64,000 nucleotides of DNA, from positions 1-64,000 of the forward strand of contig JAXGZF010000009.1 in the NCBI GenBank assembly GCA_040771865.1, given 5' to 3'. Positions within the stretch are counted from its first letter, which is position 1, and each line of letters starts with the position of its first letter. A program made the position numbers and the translations under genes. The notes below the pieces were generated by a model. The model saw nothing but the letters and a program-made list of their open reading frames with translations, was not told the DNA's origin and searched no databases. Positions 9,676 to 20,441 of the stretch are shown piece after piece. The DNA comes from Desulfobacterales bacterium (GTDB lineage: Bacteria; Desulfobacterota; Desulfobacteria; Desulfobacterales; UBA2245).

Positions 9676-11562
9676 TCACCGTTTTTTGCTGAAATAGCGG
9701 CTCACGCCGTTCTTGGAACGTTCGACGGTCTTTTCAAAAACCAGGCTGCTGCGCCGGACATAGTAGTTCATGTCCACCTGATTGATGTCGATTCCGGTTT
9801 CTTTCATGAAAAGACGGACCGCGTCCATGGATGAAAACCGCCGGACAAAGAGCTCTCCCCAGGTGTTTTTATAGATCAGGCAGACATCCGGCGGGTGGTC
9901 GCCCTCCTGAACAGGGCCTTCAAAATCCGTAACCATCAGCAGGCGTATCACCTTCTCGGGCGCCAGAAAATTTTCAAAAGGCACCGCGCTGATATCGTAT
10001 CCGCTGAAGGTTTCCCGAATGCATCCGGCGAGGTTGATCGTTTCCTGCATGGTGATCGAGGTGGGATTCGGATTCATCCGGGTCTGATTCGGATCATAGA
10101 TCCGGTTCCAGACCAGATAGGCCAGACACCGGACAATGTCGGAACTGTTGACCACCGTCCTGCCCTCCGCCTCGCATACCCGCCACCGGCCGTCGCCGTA
10201 ATCAAAGACCAGTTTCGGCGGATTCGTCTTGGGAGCCGGCTTGTGGAGAACAGGAATCTTGTGGGTCTTTTGTTTCAGGCATGCGGACAGCTTCCTGCCG
10301 ATGATGGTCATATCCTTGGGGTCAATCCCGCTGGAGACCTCGAAGCCCGCGCCGGTGATGTCCTTGTAGATTCTGACCAGAAGATCGAAAATCTGTCTTC
10401 CAAACCGGCTCTGCTCGGCGTAACTCCAGGAGGAGAACTCGTTGAGACGGTGAATTTCCCGAATGTTGAGCCTGTCGCCGCTGAAAAGGGCTTCGGCCAG
10501 CTTTTCCCGAATCGTGGTCCTTCCGGATGCCATCCGGATATCGCAGCGCACATACATGCATTTCTTGATGAAAGCGAGCATGGATCCATCCGTTTTCCGG
10601 TAGTGCGCCAGAAGCGCCCGCATGGAAAACACATGGGGATCCAGAAGCATTGCGTTTTCCGGCCTCTTTAGCACCGAGGCCCGGAAACGGCTGCACAGGA
10701 GTTCTTCACCCGCCTCGTCCCACATCATCTTGAGCATCAGCATCTTGATGATGGATTTCAGGGGATGGGTCAGAGCCTTGTTGATCTGCCAGACCGCAGC
10801 GCCGAACGATTCCTCGGCGCCGACCGATTCGAGGTTTCCCAGATCGATGAAATCGTAATCCTCAAACCCGGGCTTCGTCAGTTCGGCAACCATGCGGGGG
10901 TAATCCGCCGGTTCGCCGCCCCGAAAGCAGACCCACCAGACCGGAATCTTTCCGCAGATGCGGACGCAGGTCCGGTAGAACTCTTCCTTGAGAACGTTTT
11001 TCTGAACCGTTCCGCTGCCTTCCGCGTCCACCATGCCGAACCGGCAGTTCCGAATGTCCTCCGCGTCACTGATGAAGAAATAAACGGGCAGCTTGAGGTT
11101 GGCGTCCATCCAGTCCTTGATCAGGTTGATCTTCCGATAAAGACCGTTCATGCAGGAGGCATCGCAGCCGCTCCGGCGATCCACGCAGATCCAGATGTCG
11201 CAGTCCGAAGCGCTGGTCTGGCCGATGGTTCCCGTGCTGCCGATGGTATAGACGCCCTGAATCCAGCAGATGTCGGGGGAATATCCCAGCAGGGAGCGTT
11301 CCGATTCGATTTCAAACATCTTTTTAAAGGCCGGTTCCCGCTGCATGATCTCTTTTTCCGAATCGATTCCATAAACCTTGAACGGCCGTTCGAGGTCTTG
11401 AATAAATCCGGGAACCGAGGGGTGATTGACGCTGAGAAGCCAGGGCAGCAGATACAGGACCATCTCGCTGTCGCGCGGGGCCAGTTCGGAAAACACCGCC
11501 TTTCGAAAATTGTTGTAGGCAATATAGGTTTTTTTGTTCTGAGCAATATGTTTGGCAATCAT
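9676..11562 (-). CDS. cyaA: Class I adenylate cyclase-like nucleotidyltransferase
   Basis: LLPWLLSVNHP, GSTGTIGQTSASDCDIWIC (GS...DxD), LKEEFYRT, GKIPVWW, WQINKAL.PLKS, NTWGELF. ATG overlaps the recD stop (ATGA). Confidence 0.82.
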   Translation of the reverse strand: MIAKHIAQNKKTYIAYNNFRKAVFSELAPRDSEMVLYLLPWLLSVNHPSVPGFIQDLERPFKVYGIDSEKEIMQREPAFKKMFEIESERSLLGYSPDICWIQGVYTIGSTGTIGQTSASDCDIWICVDRRSGCDASCMNGLYRKINLIKDWMDANLKLPVYFFISDAEDIRNCRFGMVDAEGSGTVQKNVLKEEFYRTCVRICGKIPVWWVCFRGGEPADYPRMVAELTKPGFEDYDFIDLGNLESVGAEESFGAAVWQINKALTHPLKSIIKMLMLKMMWDEAGEELLCSRFRASVLKRPENAMLLDPHVFSMRALLAHYRKTDGSMLAFIKKCMYVRCDIRMASGRTTIREKLAEALFSGDRLNIREIHRLNEFSSWSYAEQSRFGRQIFDLLVRIYKDITGAGFEVSSGIDPKDMTIIGRKLSACLKQKTHKIPVLHKPAPKTNPPKLVFDYGDGRWRVCEAEGRTVVNSSDIVRCLAYLVWNRIYDPNQTRMNPNPTSITMQETINLAGCIRETFSGYDISAVPFENFLAPEKVIRLLMVTDFEGPVQEGDHPPDVCLIYKNTWGELFVRRFSSMDAVRLFMKETGIDINQVDMNYYVRRSSLVFEKTVERSKNGVSRYFSKKR

Positions 11563-13388
11563 ACGCCTGCCTTCCACAGGGCGTCGCGCAGTCCGGATGC
11601 GCGACGTACTCTTCGGGAAATTGCCGCGCGAAAAACAGCCGGGTCCGACACGATCCATACACAGCGCCGGGCACGGGTGACGGCCGTATAGACCAGCTCC
11701 CGGGTGAGCAGCGCCGTGTCGGTTTCAGGCAGAATCAGCACGATGGAATCAAACTCGGATCCCTGGCTTTTGTGGACCGTCATGGCAAAGGCGGTTTCAT
11801 GTTCCGGAAGCTGGGCCTGAGTAAAACTTCGAAGTCCGCCGGAACCGTCCGTAAAATACGCCAGAAGTCCGGATTCCGGAGTTTTGGAAAACACGATGCC
11901 CAGATCCCCGTTGTACAGACCCGATGCATAGTCGTTTCTCGTGATCAGAACCGGCCTTCCCCGGTACCAGCCATTCCCGGCGCGGATCAGGCCGCAGCGC
12001 TCCAGCGCGTTTTCCGCCAGGCAATTGACGCCTTGAACGCCGAAAGGACCGGATCGAATCGCGCAAAGCACCTTGAAACAGCCGGTCGCCTTAAGCGCTT
12101 CCAGCGGTCCGGCCGCCGCGGCGACGGCCTTCCACTCCTCGATGATCCGACTTTCAAGGAACTGGAAAAAACCGGATGATCGAGAATCCAAAAACCGGAT
12201 GCTGTCATCCGGCGGATGTTCGAGAAGGGCGGCAACCCTTTCGCTCTGTTCCTGGTTGACCGCCTCGCACAGCGCGCCAATGCCGCTGCCCGCCGCAAAA
12301 CGGAAGGTTTTGCGCAGACGCACGATGCAGTCCTCGATTCCCGCGTCAGATACCCGCCCGGTCGGCGGGTTGAAATCGATCTGCCCCAGCGCATGAATCC
12401 GCTTCACAAAGGGTTCGGAATACACGTCCAGCCCCTGTTGATCGCAGATATCCCCCAGAACCGATCCGGCTTCCACCGACGCCAGCTGGTCCCTGTCTCC
12501 CAGCAGAATGATTCTGGCCTGCTCGGGCGCGGCTTCCATCAGCTTGCTCATCAGGGCCAGATCCACCATGGAAGCCTCGTCCACCACGATCACATCGGCG
12601 GGAAGCAGGTTTTTGCCGTTGTATCTGAAATACGGAGACCCGTTCACCGGTTGCAGCATGCGGTGAATGGTAAAGGTTTCCGAACCGACGGCCTCGAGAA
12701 TCTCCGGTTTGCAGTTCAGTTTGCCCCTGGCCTCCTGAATCGACTGGCCCAGCCTTGCCGCCGCCTTTCCCGTGGGCGCGCAGAGAAAAATTCTCAGGGG
12801 GTGATCCGCCGGCTGTTCCAGAAGCATGGCCAGAATTTTGGCCACCGTAAAGGTCTTGCCCGTGCCCGGCCCTCCGGTGATCACGCACAAAGGCTTCAGC
12901 GCCGCAACCAGGGCCGCGGTTTTCTGCAGGTCCAAAGAACCATCCTGTTCCGGGAAAAGGCGGTTCATGCTGTCTTGAAGCCGCCCGGAATCAAGGGGTA
13001 TCTCTTTGCCGGCGCGCCGGAAAATGCTCTGAGTGATCCGGTTCTCGTAATCCCAGTACCGGTACAGATACAGCCGGTTCCGGTCATCCAGGATCAGGGG
13101 TTTGAAATCCCCCGCCTTCCCCACCACCGGACAGGCAGCCAGCTTGTCGCGCCAGGGGTCCAGGGGCGGGCATCGAAGCGGCAATGCGCCGGGCAGGGTT
13201 CTGCCCGCATGGGCGCTCAGATCCAGGCACACGTCTCCATTCGCCGTGGCCTGGCTGACCAGGGCCATGGCCGTAGCGACATCGGAATCATCCGTGCCGC
13301 CAAGACCTGCCATAAACCTGGCAAAGCGCAGAGGCATTCCGGTAAATCCGGCTTCACGCAGATTCATCCACATCCGTTCCGTCATCAT
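11559..13388 (-). CDS. recD: RecBCD subunit RecD
   Basis: RLYLYRYWDYE, TGGPGTGKT, APTGKAAARL, VDEASMVD, GDRDQLASVEAG, AMTVHKSQGSEF, YTAVTRAR. Confidence 0.96.
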   Translation of the reverse strand: MMTERMWMNLREAGFTGMPLRFARFMAGLGGTDDSDVATAMALVSQATANGDVCLDLSAHAGRTLPGALPLRCPPLDPWRDKLAACPVVGKAGDFKPLILDDRNRLYLYRYWDYENRITQSIFRRAGKEIPLDSGRLQDSMNRLFPEQDGSLDLQKTAALVAALKPLCVITGGPGTGKTFTVAKILAMLLEQPADHPLRIFLCAPTGKAAARLGQSIQEARGKLNCKPEILEAVGSETFTIHRMLQPVNGSPYFRYNGKNLLPADVIVVDEASMVDLALMSKLMEAAPEQARIILLGDRDQLASVEAGSVLGDICDQQGLDVYSEPFVKRIHALGQIDFNPPTGRVSDAGIEDCIVRLRKTFRFAAGSGIGALCEAVNQEQSERVAALLEHPPDDSIRFLDSRSSGFFQFLESRIIEEWKAVAAAAGPLEALKATGCFKVLCAIRSGPFGVQGVNCLAENALERCGLIRAGNGWYRGRPVLITRNDYASGLYNGDLGIVFSKTPESGLLAYFTDGSGGLRSFTQAQLPEHETAFAMTVHKSQGSEFDSIVLILPETDTALLTRELVYTAVTRARRCVWIVSDPAVFRAAISRRVRRASGLRDALWKAGV

Positions 13389-13430
13389 TTATGCCATCAT
13401 TATCATTATCGGCGGTTTGATCGCCGAAGT

Positions 13431-16400
13431 TTAGATGTTTTTTTCATTTTTCGAATTCGGTTTGAATCCGTGTTTCGATTCGGCGATCAGAACCTTTTTC
13501 AGGTCCCGGATCAGTCCGGGCATCGGCATATCATGAAAGACCCCGAAATCCGGCCCCTTCTCCGGATCCACGCCCCGGAGAAAGATGTAAAACACCCCTC
13601 CGAAATCCCGTTCATAGCAGAAGTGCTCCATGCGCTGTTCAAGGAAGCCGGTCAGGGCCAGGGTGTAGAGATGGTACTGAAGCACGTACATGGAACGGCT
13701 CATCTCCCGCGCCAGTGCCCCTGAATCATAATCCTGAACGCGATTTCCCAGGAAATTGGATTTCCAGTCGACCAGATAGTACCTTTCCCGGCTGCGGAAA
13801 ACCAGATCCACGAAACCCTTCATCAGCCCCCGGGCCGGAGAAAACTCCAGTCTTCCCAGTTGTCCGGGAAAGTCGTCCGGAATTTTCGGACTGCCGTGAG
13901 CGGCAAAGATTTTTGCCAGTTGACCGGGCCGGACCGGCAAAATCGGATAGTAGAACTCCATCTCGTTGATCCGGTCTTTCAGGCCGAGGGCGGAAAGCCT
14001 CAGATCCGGCTTCAGGGGCGCTGCAAGAACCTTTTGAATCATTTTGCATACGCTGTCTTTCCAGCCGGGTTCAAAGCCGTATTCGGAAAGCTTCTGAACC
14101 ACCAGCGGCTCCTGGGCTTCGATCTTCCCTGAAAAATCCAGGTGTTCGAAAATCTCATGAAAAAAAAGTCCGGCCCGGGTCCCTCTGGGAAAGGAAAAAA
14201 TATCCCATTTAGCCCCTGCTTCGGAAAGACCCGCCGTCAGCGGTTCAGGAAGAACCGGATCACGGTCGGGCCTGTCTTCCGCGCTCTCCTTCGAATGATC
14301 CCGGTCCATCACCCAGGAGCTGTAGCTGGAAATCTTCCAGGGAATATCCATTTTCCGGGTAAACCGGAGGCATTCAAAGGGCAATTGCGGGCCGGGCTCA
14401 ACCGGCTTGGGCTTTTTCGCCTCAACGGGAAGCTGCACCAGCCGAATGCTTTTGTTGGATTCGAGAACCTTTTTCTCCAGATCCGCGATCCATTCTTTTT
14501 CGGACATGGATTTGAGACGGGTTTTCAGGGCTTCGATCCGGTCGGTTTCGAAATCCGCGTCATCAGTGTGAAGCAGATAGGCCAAGGCCGAGGTTTCGGC
14601 GCCCTGAATCCGGCCCCAGACCGCATAGCAAAGGTTTTTTGCTCTTGTCAGGGCCACGTAAAGCAGGCGCAGATTTTCCGAGAGCAGCTCATGTTGGGCC
14701 ATCAAACGGCTGGCGGCCGCTCCGGTTCCAATATCCATGACCCGGTTTTTATCCGAATCATGAAAAAGAATCTCCGAATCCTTGACCTCCGAGCCGTCCC
14801 AGCAGAACGGGCAGAACACGACGGGGTATTCCAGCCCCTTGCTCTTGTGAATGGTCACGATGCTGACCGCCTCGCGGTCGCTTTCCAGCCGGAGCTGATG
14901 GGCATCGGCCTGCCGGAAAGACGACGGGTCGCGCTGCCGGGCCAGCCATTTCACCAGCCCGCGCATGCCCAGGTGCCGCTCGACCGAGGCCTGGTGAAGC
15001 AGTTCCGTCAGATGCAGCACGTTGGTCATGCGCCGCTCTCCGTCCGGATACGACAGGAGGCGCTCCTTGACCTTTTCATCCGCCAGCAGGCGGCGAAACA
15101 TTTGAATAAACCCCGACTGGTTCCAGATCTCAAACCAGGCCGCAAAATCCGAACGCCGCCTTTCCCATTCGGCCGGGTCCGGCGCCTGCCGGTCGAGAAC
15201 GCTTCCGCGTGCGCCGATCAGGGGCGTGGCCAGGGCCGAGCGAAGACGCCGTTCGTTTCGAGGCTCCGAAACCGCCCGCAGCACCCGCTCGACCTCACCG
15301 GCTTCCGGCGCGTCGAAAATGCTTCCCGCCTGATACAGAACCGCAGGAATATGCATCGCATCCAGATGCTGCTTTACGATTCTCGCCTGACGATTGGTGC
15401 GCACCAGAACGGCGATATCCCGAGCCTGGAAAGGAAAGCCGGGATCCGAGAGAAGCGCGGAGATCTCCTGAGCCGCCTGATTCGAAATCATCTCGACGGC
15501 ATCGGCTTTGGAAAGGGGCTTTTCCTGATTCAGGCCGGCAAGCCACAGCACCAGGCCGTCGCGGGCATCGGCCGCCTTACCGGGCGCGGGCTGGGCCGGA
15601 TAAAATCCGATCTCGTCAAACACAAAGGGCGTCTTGTTTTTGGAAAAAATCGCGTTGATTCCGGCGATCACGGCGGGCGAGGAGCGCCAGTTGGTCGTCA
15701 GGGTGCATTTCTGCCGCGTCTCCTGGGCCGCCTTCATGTAGGCGAAGATGTCGGCCCCGCGGAACCCGTAGATCGCCTGCTTCGGATCGCCGATCAGGTA
15801 CAGCGCGCCGCCGGCGCCGAAAAGCCGGGAAAAAATCTCGTACTGGACCGGATCCGTGTCCTGAAATTCGTCCACCAGCGCGGCCCGGTATTGTTCCTGA
15901 ATCGCGCGCGTCAAAGCCCCGGCCCGCGGCTCCTGAAGGGCACGGTGAACCCGGACCAGAAGATCGTCGAAAAACTGGGTGTTTCGGGATTTTTTTTGAA
16001 TCTCGAGCTGTTTTCGAGAAAATTCGATCAATTTGGATTTCAGAAAAACCATCTGCCGGGCCATTTCAACTTCCAGAAGCTCGGCCAGAGAATACAGTTG
16101 ATCAACCCGGTCAAACAGGGGATGGGCAGGCGCGTTCCAGCCCTTGCGAACGGATCTTTCTATCTTGCTCCGGCTGAAATTCTCAATGCCGGTCACGGGA
16201 AACCCGATGCTGTAAGGAGAAAGATACCGGTCCATTTCCTCAAGCATGGATCGGACTTTCAGATCCCTTTTGGAAGCTCCGGACCGGGACGCGCCGGAGT
16301 TCGCCGCTCCGTAGACGGTACCGCTCAGGCCGGGGTCGGCCAGCAGCGCGGCCACATCCGCACGGCTTGACGGCCAGAGGTTTCGAAGTTCGTTAAAACA

Positions 16401-17099
16401 GTCGCGGAATGCCTTGAGATGGGTCAGCTCCGATTCGGCCTGTTCCGGAATCACCCTGAGTCCGGGTGCGGCGGCCTTGCGAATCAGGTTCTGAAAACCG
16501 GAAGGTCCCCCAAGCTTTCCCGCCGCGTAAGCGGCCCATTCAAGGGGGGCATTGTAGAAGTGGATTCGCCAGAAATCCTCGGCCACCTCCTGAAGCAGCG
16601 CGCTCTGATCCTCGGAAAGCTCGGTATCAAACAGGGCCCCGGTTTCAAAGGCGTTCTCGCTCAGCACGCGCAGGCAGAAGCCGTGGATCGTCATGATGGC
16701 GGCCCGGTCAAAATCCATCAACGCGGTTCGAATTCGTTCCAGGGCCGGCACAGAATCAACCAGGCCGCGAATCAGTTCTCGAACATCCGGATCCCCGTCG
16801 TCGAGGTTTCCGGTCTTCAGGGCGTCCCTGGCCTGAATCAGCTTGTTTCGTATCCGGTCCTTGAGCTCCGCGGTGGCGGCTCTCGTGAAGGTCACCACCA
16901 GAATCTGATCCGCGGTCAGCCCCTTTTCCAGAATCAGCCGCAGGTACAGCCCTCCGATGGTATAGGTCTTTCCCGTGCCGGCGCTGGCCTCGATCAGGCA
17001 AACGCCGCTCAGCGGCGCACGCATCAGATCAAACGGCTGTATGGGTTTTTGGGGACTCATCAAAGGCGGTTGATTCCTTTCCTCCGGCATCGAAATCAT
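13431..17099 (-). CDS. recB: RecBCD subunit RecB
   Basis: IEASAGTGKT, VDEFQDTD, IGDPKQAIYGFRGAD, TIHKSKGLE, YVALTRA; nuclease motif GFVDLVF...VDWKSN. Confidence 0.96.
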   Translation of the reverse strand: MISMPEERNQPPLMSPQKPIQPFDLMRAPLSGVCLIEASAGTGKTYTIGGLYLRLILEKGLTADQILVVTFTRAATAELKDRIRNKLIQARDALKTGNLDDGDPDVRELIRGLVDSVPALERIRTALMDFDRAAIMTIHGFCLRVLSENAFETGALFDTELSEDQSALLQEVAEDFWRIHFYNAPLEWAAYAAGKLGGPSGFQNLIRKAAAPGLRVIPEQAESELTHLKAFRDCFNELRNLWPSSRADVAALLADPGLSGTVYGAANSGASRSGASKRDLKVRSMLEEMDRYLSPYSIGFPVTGIENFSRSKIERSVRKGWNAPAHPLFDRVDQLYSLAELLEVEMARQMVFLKSKLIEFSRKQLEIQKKSRNTQFFDDLLVRVHRALQEPRAGALTRAIQEQYRAALVDEFQDTDPVQYEIFSRLFGAGGALYLIGDPKQAIYGFRGADIFAYMKAAQETRQKCTLTTNWRSSPAVIAGINAIFSKNKTPFVFDEIGFYPAQPAPGKAADARDGLVLWLAGLNQEKPLSKADAVEMISNQAAQEISALLSDPGFPFQARDIAVLVRTNRQARIVKQHLDAMHIPAVLYQAGSIFDAPEAGEVERVLRAVSEPRNERRLRSALATPLIGARGSVLDRQAPDPAEWERRRSDFAAWFEIWNQSGFIQMFRRLLADEKVKERLLSYPDGERRMTNVLHLTELLHQASVERHLGMRGLVKWLARQRDPSSFRQADAHQLRLESDREAVSIVTIHKSKGLEYPVVFCPFCWDGSEVKDSEILFHDSDKNRVMDIGTGAAASRLMAQHELLSENLRLLYVALTRAKNLCYAVWGRIQGAETSALAYLLHTDDADFETDRIEALKTRLKSMSEKEWIADLEKKVLESNKSIRLVQLPVEAKKPKPVEPGPQLPFECLRFTRKMDIPWKISSYSSWVMDRDHSKESAEDRPDRDPVLPEPLTAGLSEAGAKWDIFSFPRGTRAGLFFHEIFEHLDFSGKIEAQEPLVVQKLSEYGFEPGWKDSVCKMIQKVLAAPLKPDLRLSALGLKDRINEMEFYYPILPVRPGQLAKIFAAHGSPKIPDDFPGQLGRLEFSPARGLMKGFVDLVFRSRERYYLVDWKSNFLGNRVQDYDSGALAREMSRSMYVLQYHLYTLALTGFLEQRMEHFCYERDFGGVFYIFLRGVDPEKGPDFGVFHDMPMPGLIRDLKKVLIAESKHGFKPNSKNEKNI

Positions 17100-20000
17100 G
17101 GTTTCTCCGATTTCAGGCGCGAGAGAACCGGCTCGAACACCGCTTTTGAAAGACTTTTGAAATCATCGTCCAGGGGCGCCTCGTTTCCAAAAGCCAGTTC
17201 ATAGTACGGGTCCTGGCCTTCCCCGGTGGAAAAATCCGATCCGGCCCAGGCGCTGCGGGCCCGCTTCAACGCTTCCCCATCTTCCTTAGCGTCTGCCAGC
17301 GCCTTCATGTATTCATAAGCGGACCTGGCAAAAAAGTGAAGCGGCCGGCAAAGTCCCTTCCGGTAAAGCTCGAAAAGCGTTTCCAGAATCGATGCGCTGT
17401 TTGAAACCGGGTTCAGGCAATGGACGGAATCTTTGCAGAACAGATAGCCGGCCCCGGGCAGGGTCTTCCCGCCGGCCTCACGCGCCGCGCACCAGGCCAG
17501 ATGGCAGATCCAGAAGCTCAGGATGTCCCCGGCCTTTGCGTTGCCAAAGCGCATGCGGACCAGGTGGCCGCCGGCATGGGCGATTCTGCCGTAAAGCCGC
17601 ATATCCCCGATTTGAAGATCCACATCGGCGTATTCCGGTATTGCGGAGGCGACCGGGTGGGTCTCGATGATCCGGACAAATCGTTCAACCTCGGCCTCGG
17701 CCTGCATTCCGGCAATCCGGCCGACCGCGCCCGGCGGAAGCTTTCCCATGGCCTGCTGAAGGCGGACAAAATCTTCCGGAGCATCGGGCTTCAACCTTCT
17801 TTCAAATCCGGCCTGATTCAGCTGGTATTTTTCAAGCGGATCGAGAACAAAACCTTCCGAATCCCTTGCCGGGGCCTCGTCCTGACCCAGAAAAACGCCC
17901 AGGCGCCGCTGAATCAGATATCTTGCTGTATGTGAGAAAAAAGAACAGAACGCATCGAGTTCCACCTGCTTCCATAAATCTGCGGGTTCATCCAGTATTC
18001 CGATCAGATCGGGCATCTGTTTGGGGCCTGTCAGGCTGCGGCTTCCGAGAAAATCTTCAGGCGAAAAGCTCGCCAATTTCGATCCGGCCTGAAAATACGC
18101 GGGTGAAAAGGCCTGAAGCGGGTGCTTTACCGTCAGATGATCGGCCGGATCGCCCGATGAAAGCGTAAAGCTTTCGGACAGAACGTCGATCAGCTCGCAC
18201 ACGAGGGCCGAGGGCGGCATGGGCTTGTTGTCCTCGATGCTCTGGCCCACATAGCTGATGTAAAAACGTTTTCTGGCCGAGATCAGGGCTTCGAGAAACA
18301 AATACCGGTCGTCGTCCCGGCGGGACCGGTCGCCGGGTCTGGGGCTCTTTGCCATCAGGTCAAAGCCAGGGGCCCGGTTTTCCCTCGGAAAATCCTCGGA
18401 ATTCATTCCCAGCAGGCAGATCGCCTTGAAGGGAATGCTGCGCATGGGCAGCATGGCGCAGAAGGTGATGCCGCCGGAGATAAACCCAGAACCGTAATTT
18501 TCCCGGTCCATGCAATGCTCGAGATACCAGCGCACCGGCTCCAGGGAGACCGGCCCGGTTTTCCACTCCGACTCCATCAGGGCCATAAAACCGGCGATGC
18601 GCCGGACGGTCTGAAGCTCGTCTTCCACTGCGTCGTCGGCGGGGAAAAACCGCTCGATGGTCCGGAAGATAAAATCCTTCCACCCGGAAAAGCCCCGAAC
18701 CGCGTTCATGTCTTCGATGGTCTGAAACAGGGCTTCGAGAAAATCCAGAAAACGGCCCAGAACCTGAGCCTCGTCGCCTTCCACGAAATCGTAGGGCAAA
18801 ATGCCCTGAAACATTCTCTCGTTGCCGCCGGGCAGGGCGTAACCGAGAATCAGCCGGTCGATGCCCGATTTCCAGGTGTGTTCGGCAAAATCCGGAAGAT
18901 TGAAGCCCTTTCGGGCCGCATGGTCGATTCCCCACCGGATGCCCGCATCCCGTATCCAGGTTTCGATGGTTTCGATATCGCCTTCAGCCAGATCGAATTT
19001 CTCCCGAATCTGGGGGCATTCCAGAACGGCCAGCACCTGGGAGGCGGTTACCCGCGATCCCTTCAGATCCAGAATGGAGAAAAACCCTTCCAAAGCCCGG
19101 CTCTGCCGGCGAATGCTGCGGTCGGCCACCGAGTAAGACAGCCGCGGATCCGTCCGGGCGCCGAACACCGCGTGAATCAGGGGGGCGTAGGTTTCGATGT
19201 CCGGCGCCATCACCAGAATGTCCCGAAGATCCAGATCCGCGTCCTCGTTGAGCATGCCCAGAATCTGGTCGTAAAGCACCTCGATTTCTCGAAGCGGACT
19301 GTGACAGACGTGAATCCGGATAGAAGCGTCCGTGTCGGATGCCGGAAGCGGATCGCCGTCCTTTTCCCGGTCCCTGAGATCCAGCATGTCGTTCTGAAGG
19401 CAATGCAGCATGGTGTCGCCTTCGGAAGAAACGAAATGGTCCTCCATATCCGGGCACTGCCCGCAGACCAGGCGAAAGAAATCCTTTCCGGTTTTTCCCA
19501 TCGAAGCGAGCAGCGGATGGCCCCGTTCCAGGTGAAGGCTCTCGGCGTCGGCGCCGGCGCGCTGCTGGATCCGGTTCATCTGTCGTTCGGAAACGATGTC
19601 GGACCAGTACTCGCGGCAGGGCGTCATCAGAAACAGATGCACGGGCATCACGGCGGAGAGAGCCGCAAAGGCTTCGAGGTGATGCGGCGGCAGGCTGGAT
19701 ATGCCGAAGATGAACAGGCGCGAAAAGTCCGGAACCCGGCTTGAGTCGGACATGGCTTGAATCAGCAGATCGTTGAGTTCCGCCCGGTGGGGCCGGGTTT
19801 GACCCGAGGCCAGACGCCGCCACAGATCCGCCTGCCAGTGCCCTTCCCTGCCCGCCTCCCATTCCTGAATCATGTCCGGCCGGTACACGAGGTACTGATC
19901 GAACAGGTCGGCGATTCGCTCGGAGAGCTGAAAGAGCTTGATTCCGGACTCATCGTCCTTCAGGTAGTGGTCGATGTCGCGGTACGCATCCCGGCCCGGC

Positions 20001-20305
20001 GCTTCGGACAGGACCTGCATAATGCGAAAGAACATGGCCCGGCGGTCCAGGGCCGGGGTTTCGAAAAGATCGGGAAGCATCGAATGGTAGAGAGAATCGA
20101 GAAACGCGTTGGGAAAGGGAAACGAGATGTTGGCGCAGATGCCGTTTCGTTCGGCCAGCTCCATGGAAACCCATCGCTGCATGCCCCGGCTCTGAACCAC
20201 GACGATTTCGGGAATCAGGGGCGAACCTGAGGGCCGGCGCAGAATTCCGGCCAGTTCATCGACCAGAATCTCCAGACGGTTGCCCGCATGCACGTGCATT
20301 GTCAT
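17096..20305 (-). CDS. recC: RecBCD subunit RecC
   Basis: GNRLEIL, VVVQSRGMQRW, CHSPLREIEVL, IRWG, LPMRSIPF, DDDRYLFLEALISAR, HPLQAFS; 4-bp overlap with recB. Confidence 0.96.
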   Translation of the reverse strand: MTMHVHAGNRLEILVDELAGILRRPSGSPLIPEIVVVQSRGMQRWVSMELAERNGICANISFPFPNAFLDSLYHSMLPDLFETPALDRRAMFFRIMQVLSEAPGRDAYRDIDHYLKDDESGIKLFQLSERIADLFDQYLVYRPDMIQEWEAGREGHWQADLWRRLASGQTRPHRAELNDLLIQAMSDSSRVPDFSRLFIFGISSLPPHHLEAFAALSAVMPVHLFLMTPCREYWSDIVSERQMNRIQQRAGADAESLHLERGHPLLASMGKTGKDFFRLVCGQCPDMEDHFVSSEGDTMLHCLQNDMLDLRDREKDGDPLPASDTDASIRIHVCHSPLREIEVLYDQILGMLNEDADLDLRDILVMAPDIETYAPLIHAVFGARTDPRLSYSVADRSIRRQSRALEGFFSILDLKGSRVTASQVLAVLECPQIREKFDLAEGDIETIETWIRDAGIRWGIDHAARKGFNLPDFAEHTWKSGIDRLILGYALPGGNERMFQGILPYDFVEGDEAQVLGRFLDFLEALFQTIEDMNAVRGFSGWKDFIFRTIERFFPADDAVEDELQTVRRIAGFMALMESEWKTGPVSLEPVRWYLEHCMDRENYGSGFISGGITFCAMLPMRSIPFKAICLLGMNSEDFPRENRAPGFDLMAKSPRPGDRSRRDDDRYLFLEALISARKRFYISYVGQSIEDNKPMPPSALVCELIDVLSESFTLSSGDPADHLTVKHPLQAFSPAYFQAGSKLASFSPEDFLGSRSLTGPKQMPDLIGILDEPADLWKQVELDAFCSFFSHTARYLIQRRLGVFLGQDEAPARDSEGFVLDPLEKYQLNQAGFERRLKPDAPEDFVRLQQAMGKLPPGAVGRIAGMQAEAEVERFVRIIETHPVASAIPEYADVDLQIGDMRLYGRIAHAGGHLVRMRFGNAKAGDILSFWICHLAWCAAREAGGKTLPGAGYLFCKDSVHCLNPVSNSASILETLFELYRKGLCRPLHFFARSAYEYMKALADAKEDGEALKRARSAWAGSDFSTGEGQDPYYELAFGNEAPLDDDFKSLSKAVFEPVLSRLKSEKP

Positions 20306-20441
20306 CGCTCGGCTCCAGATAAATTTCAGTTAAAAACCGGAATACGGAAACAGCCATACGATTCAACTCAATACACCGATTTTCAAACCAGCGTCAAGGA
20401 AACCTGCCGCGACGCCCCCTTGTTGAGCAACAGGATATTAA

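Noticed and set aside
14142..16370. Long antisense ORFs (742 aa here; also 12216-13724, 18515-19744, 5432-6865, 55697-57409 and others)
   Set aside because: They shadow well-supported genes on the opposite strand, as expected in GC-rich DNA, and show no motifs.
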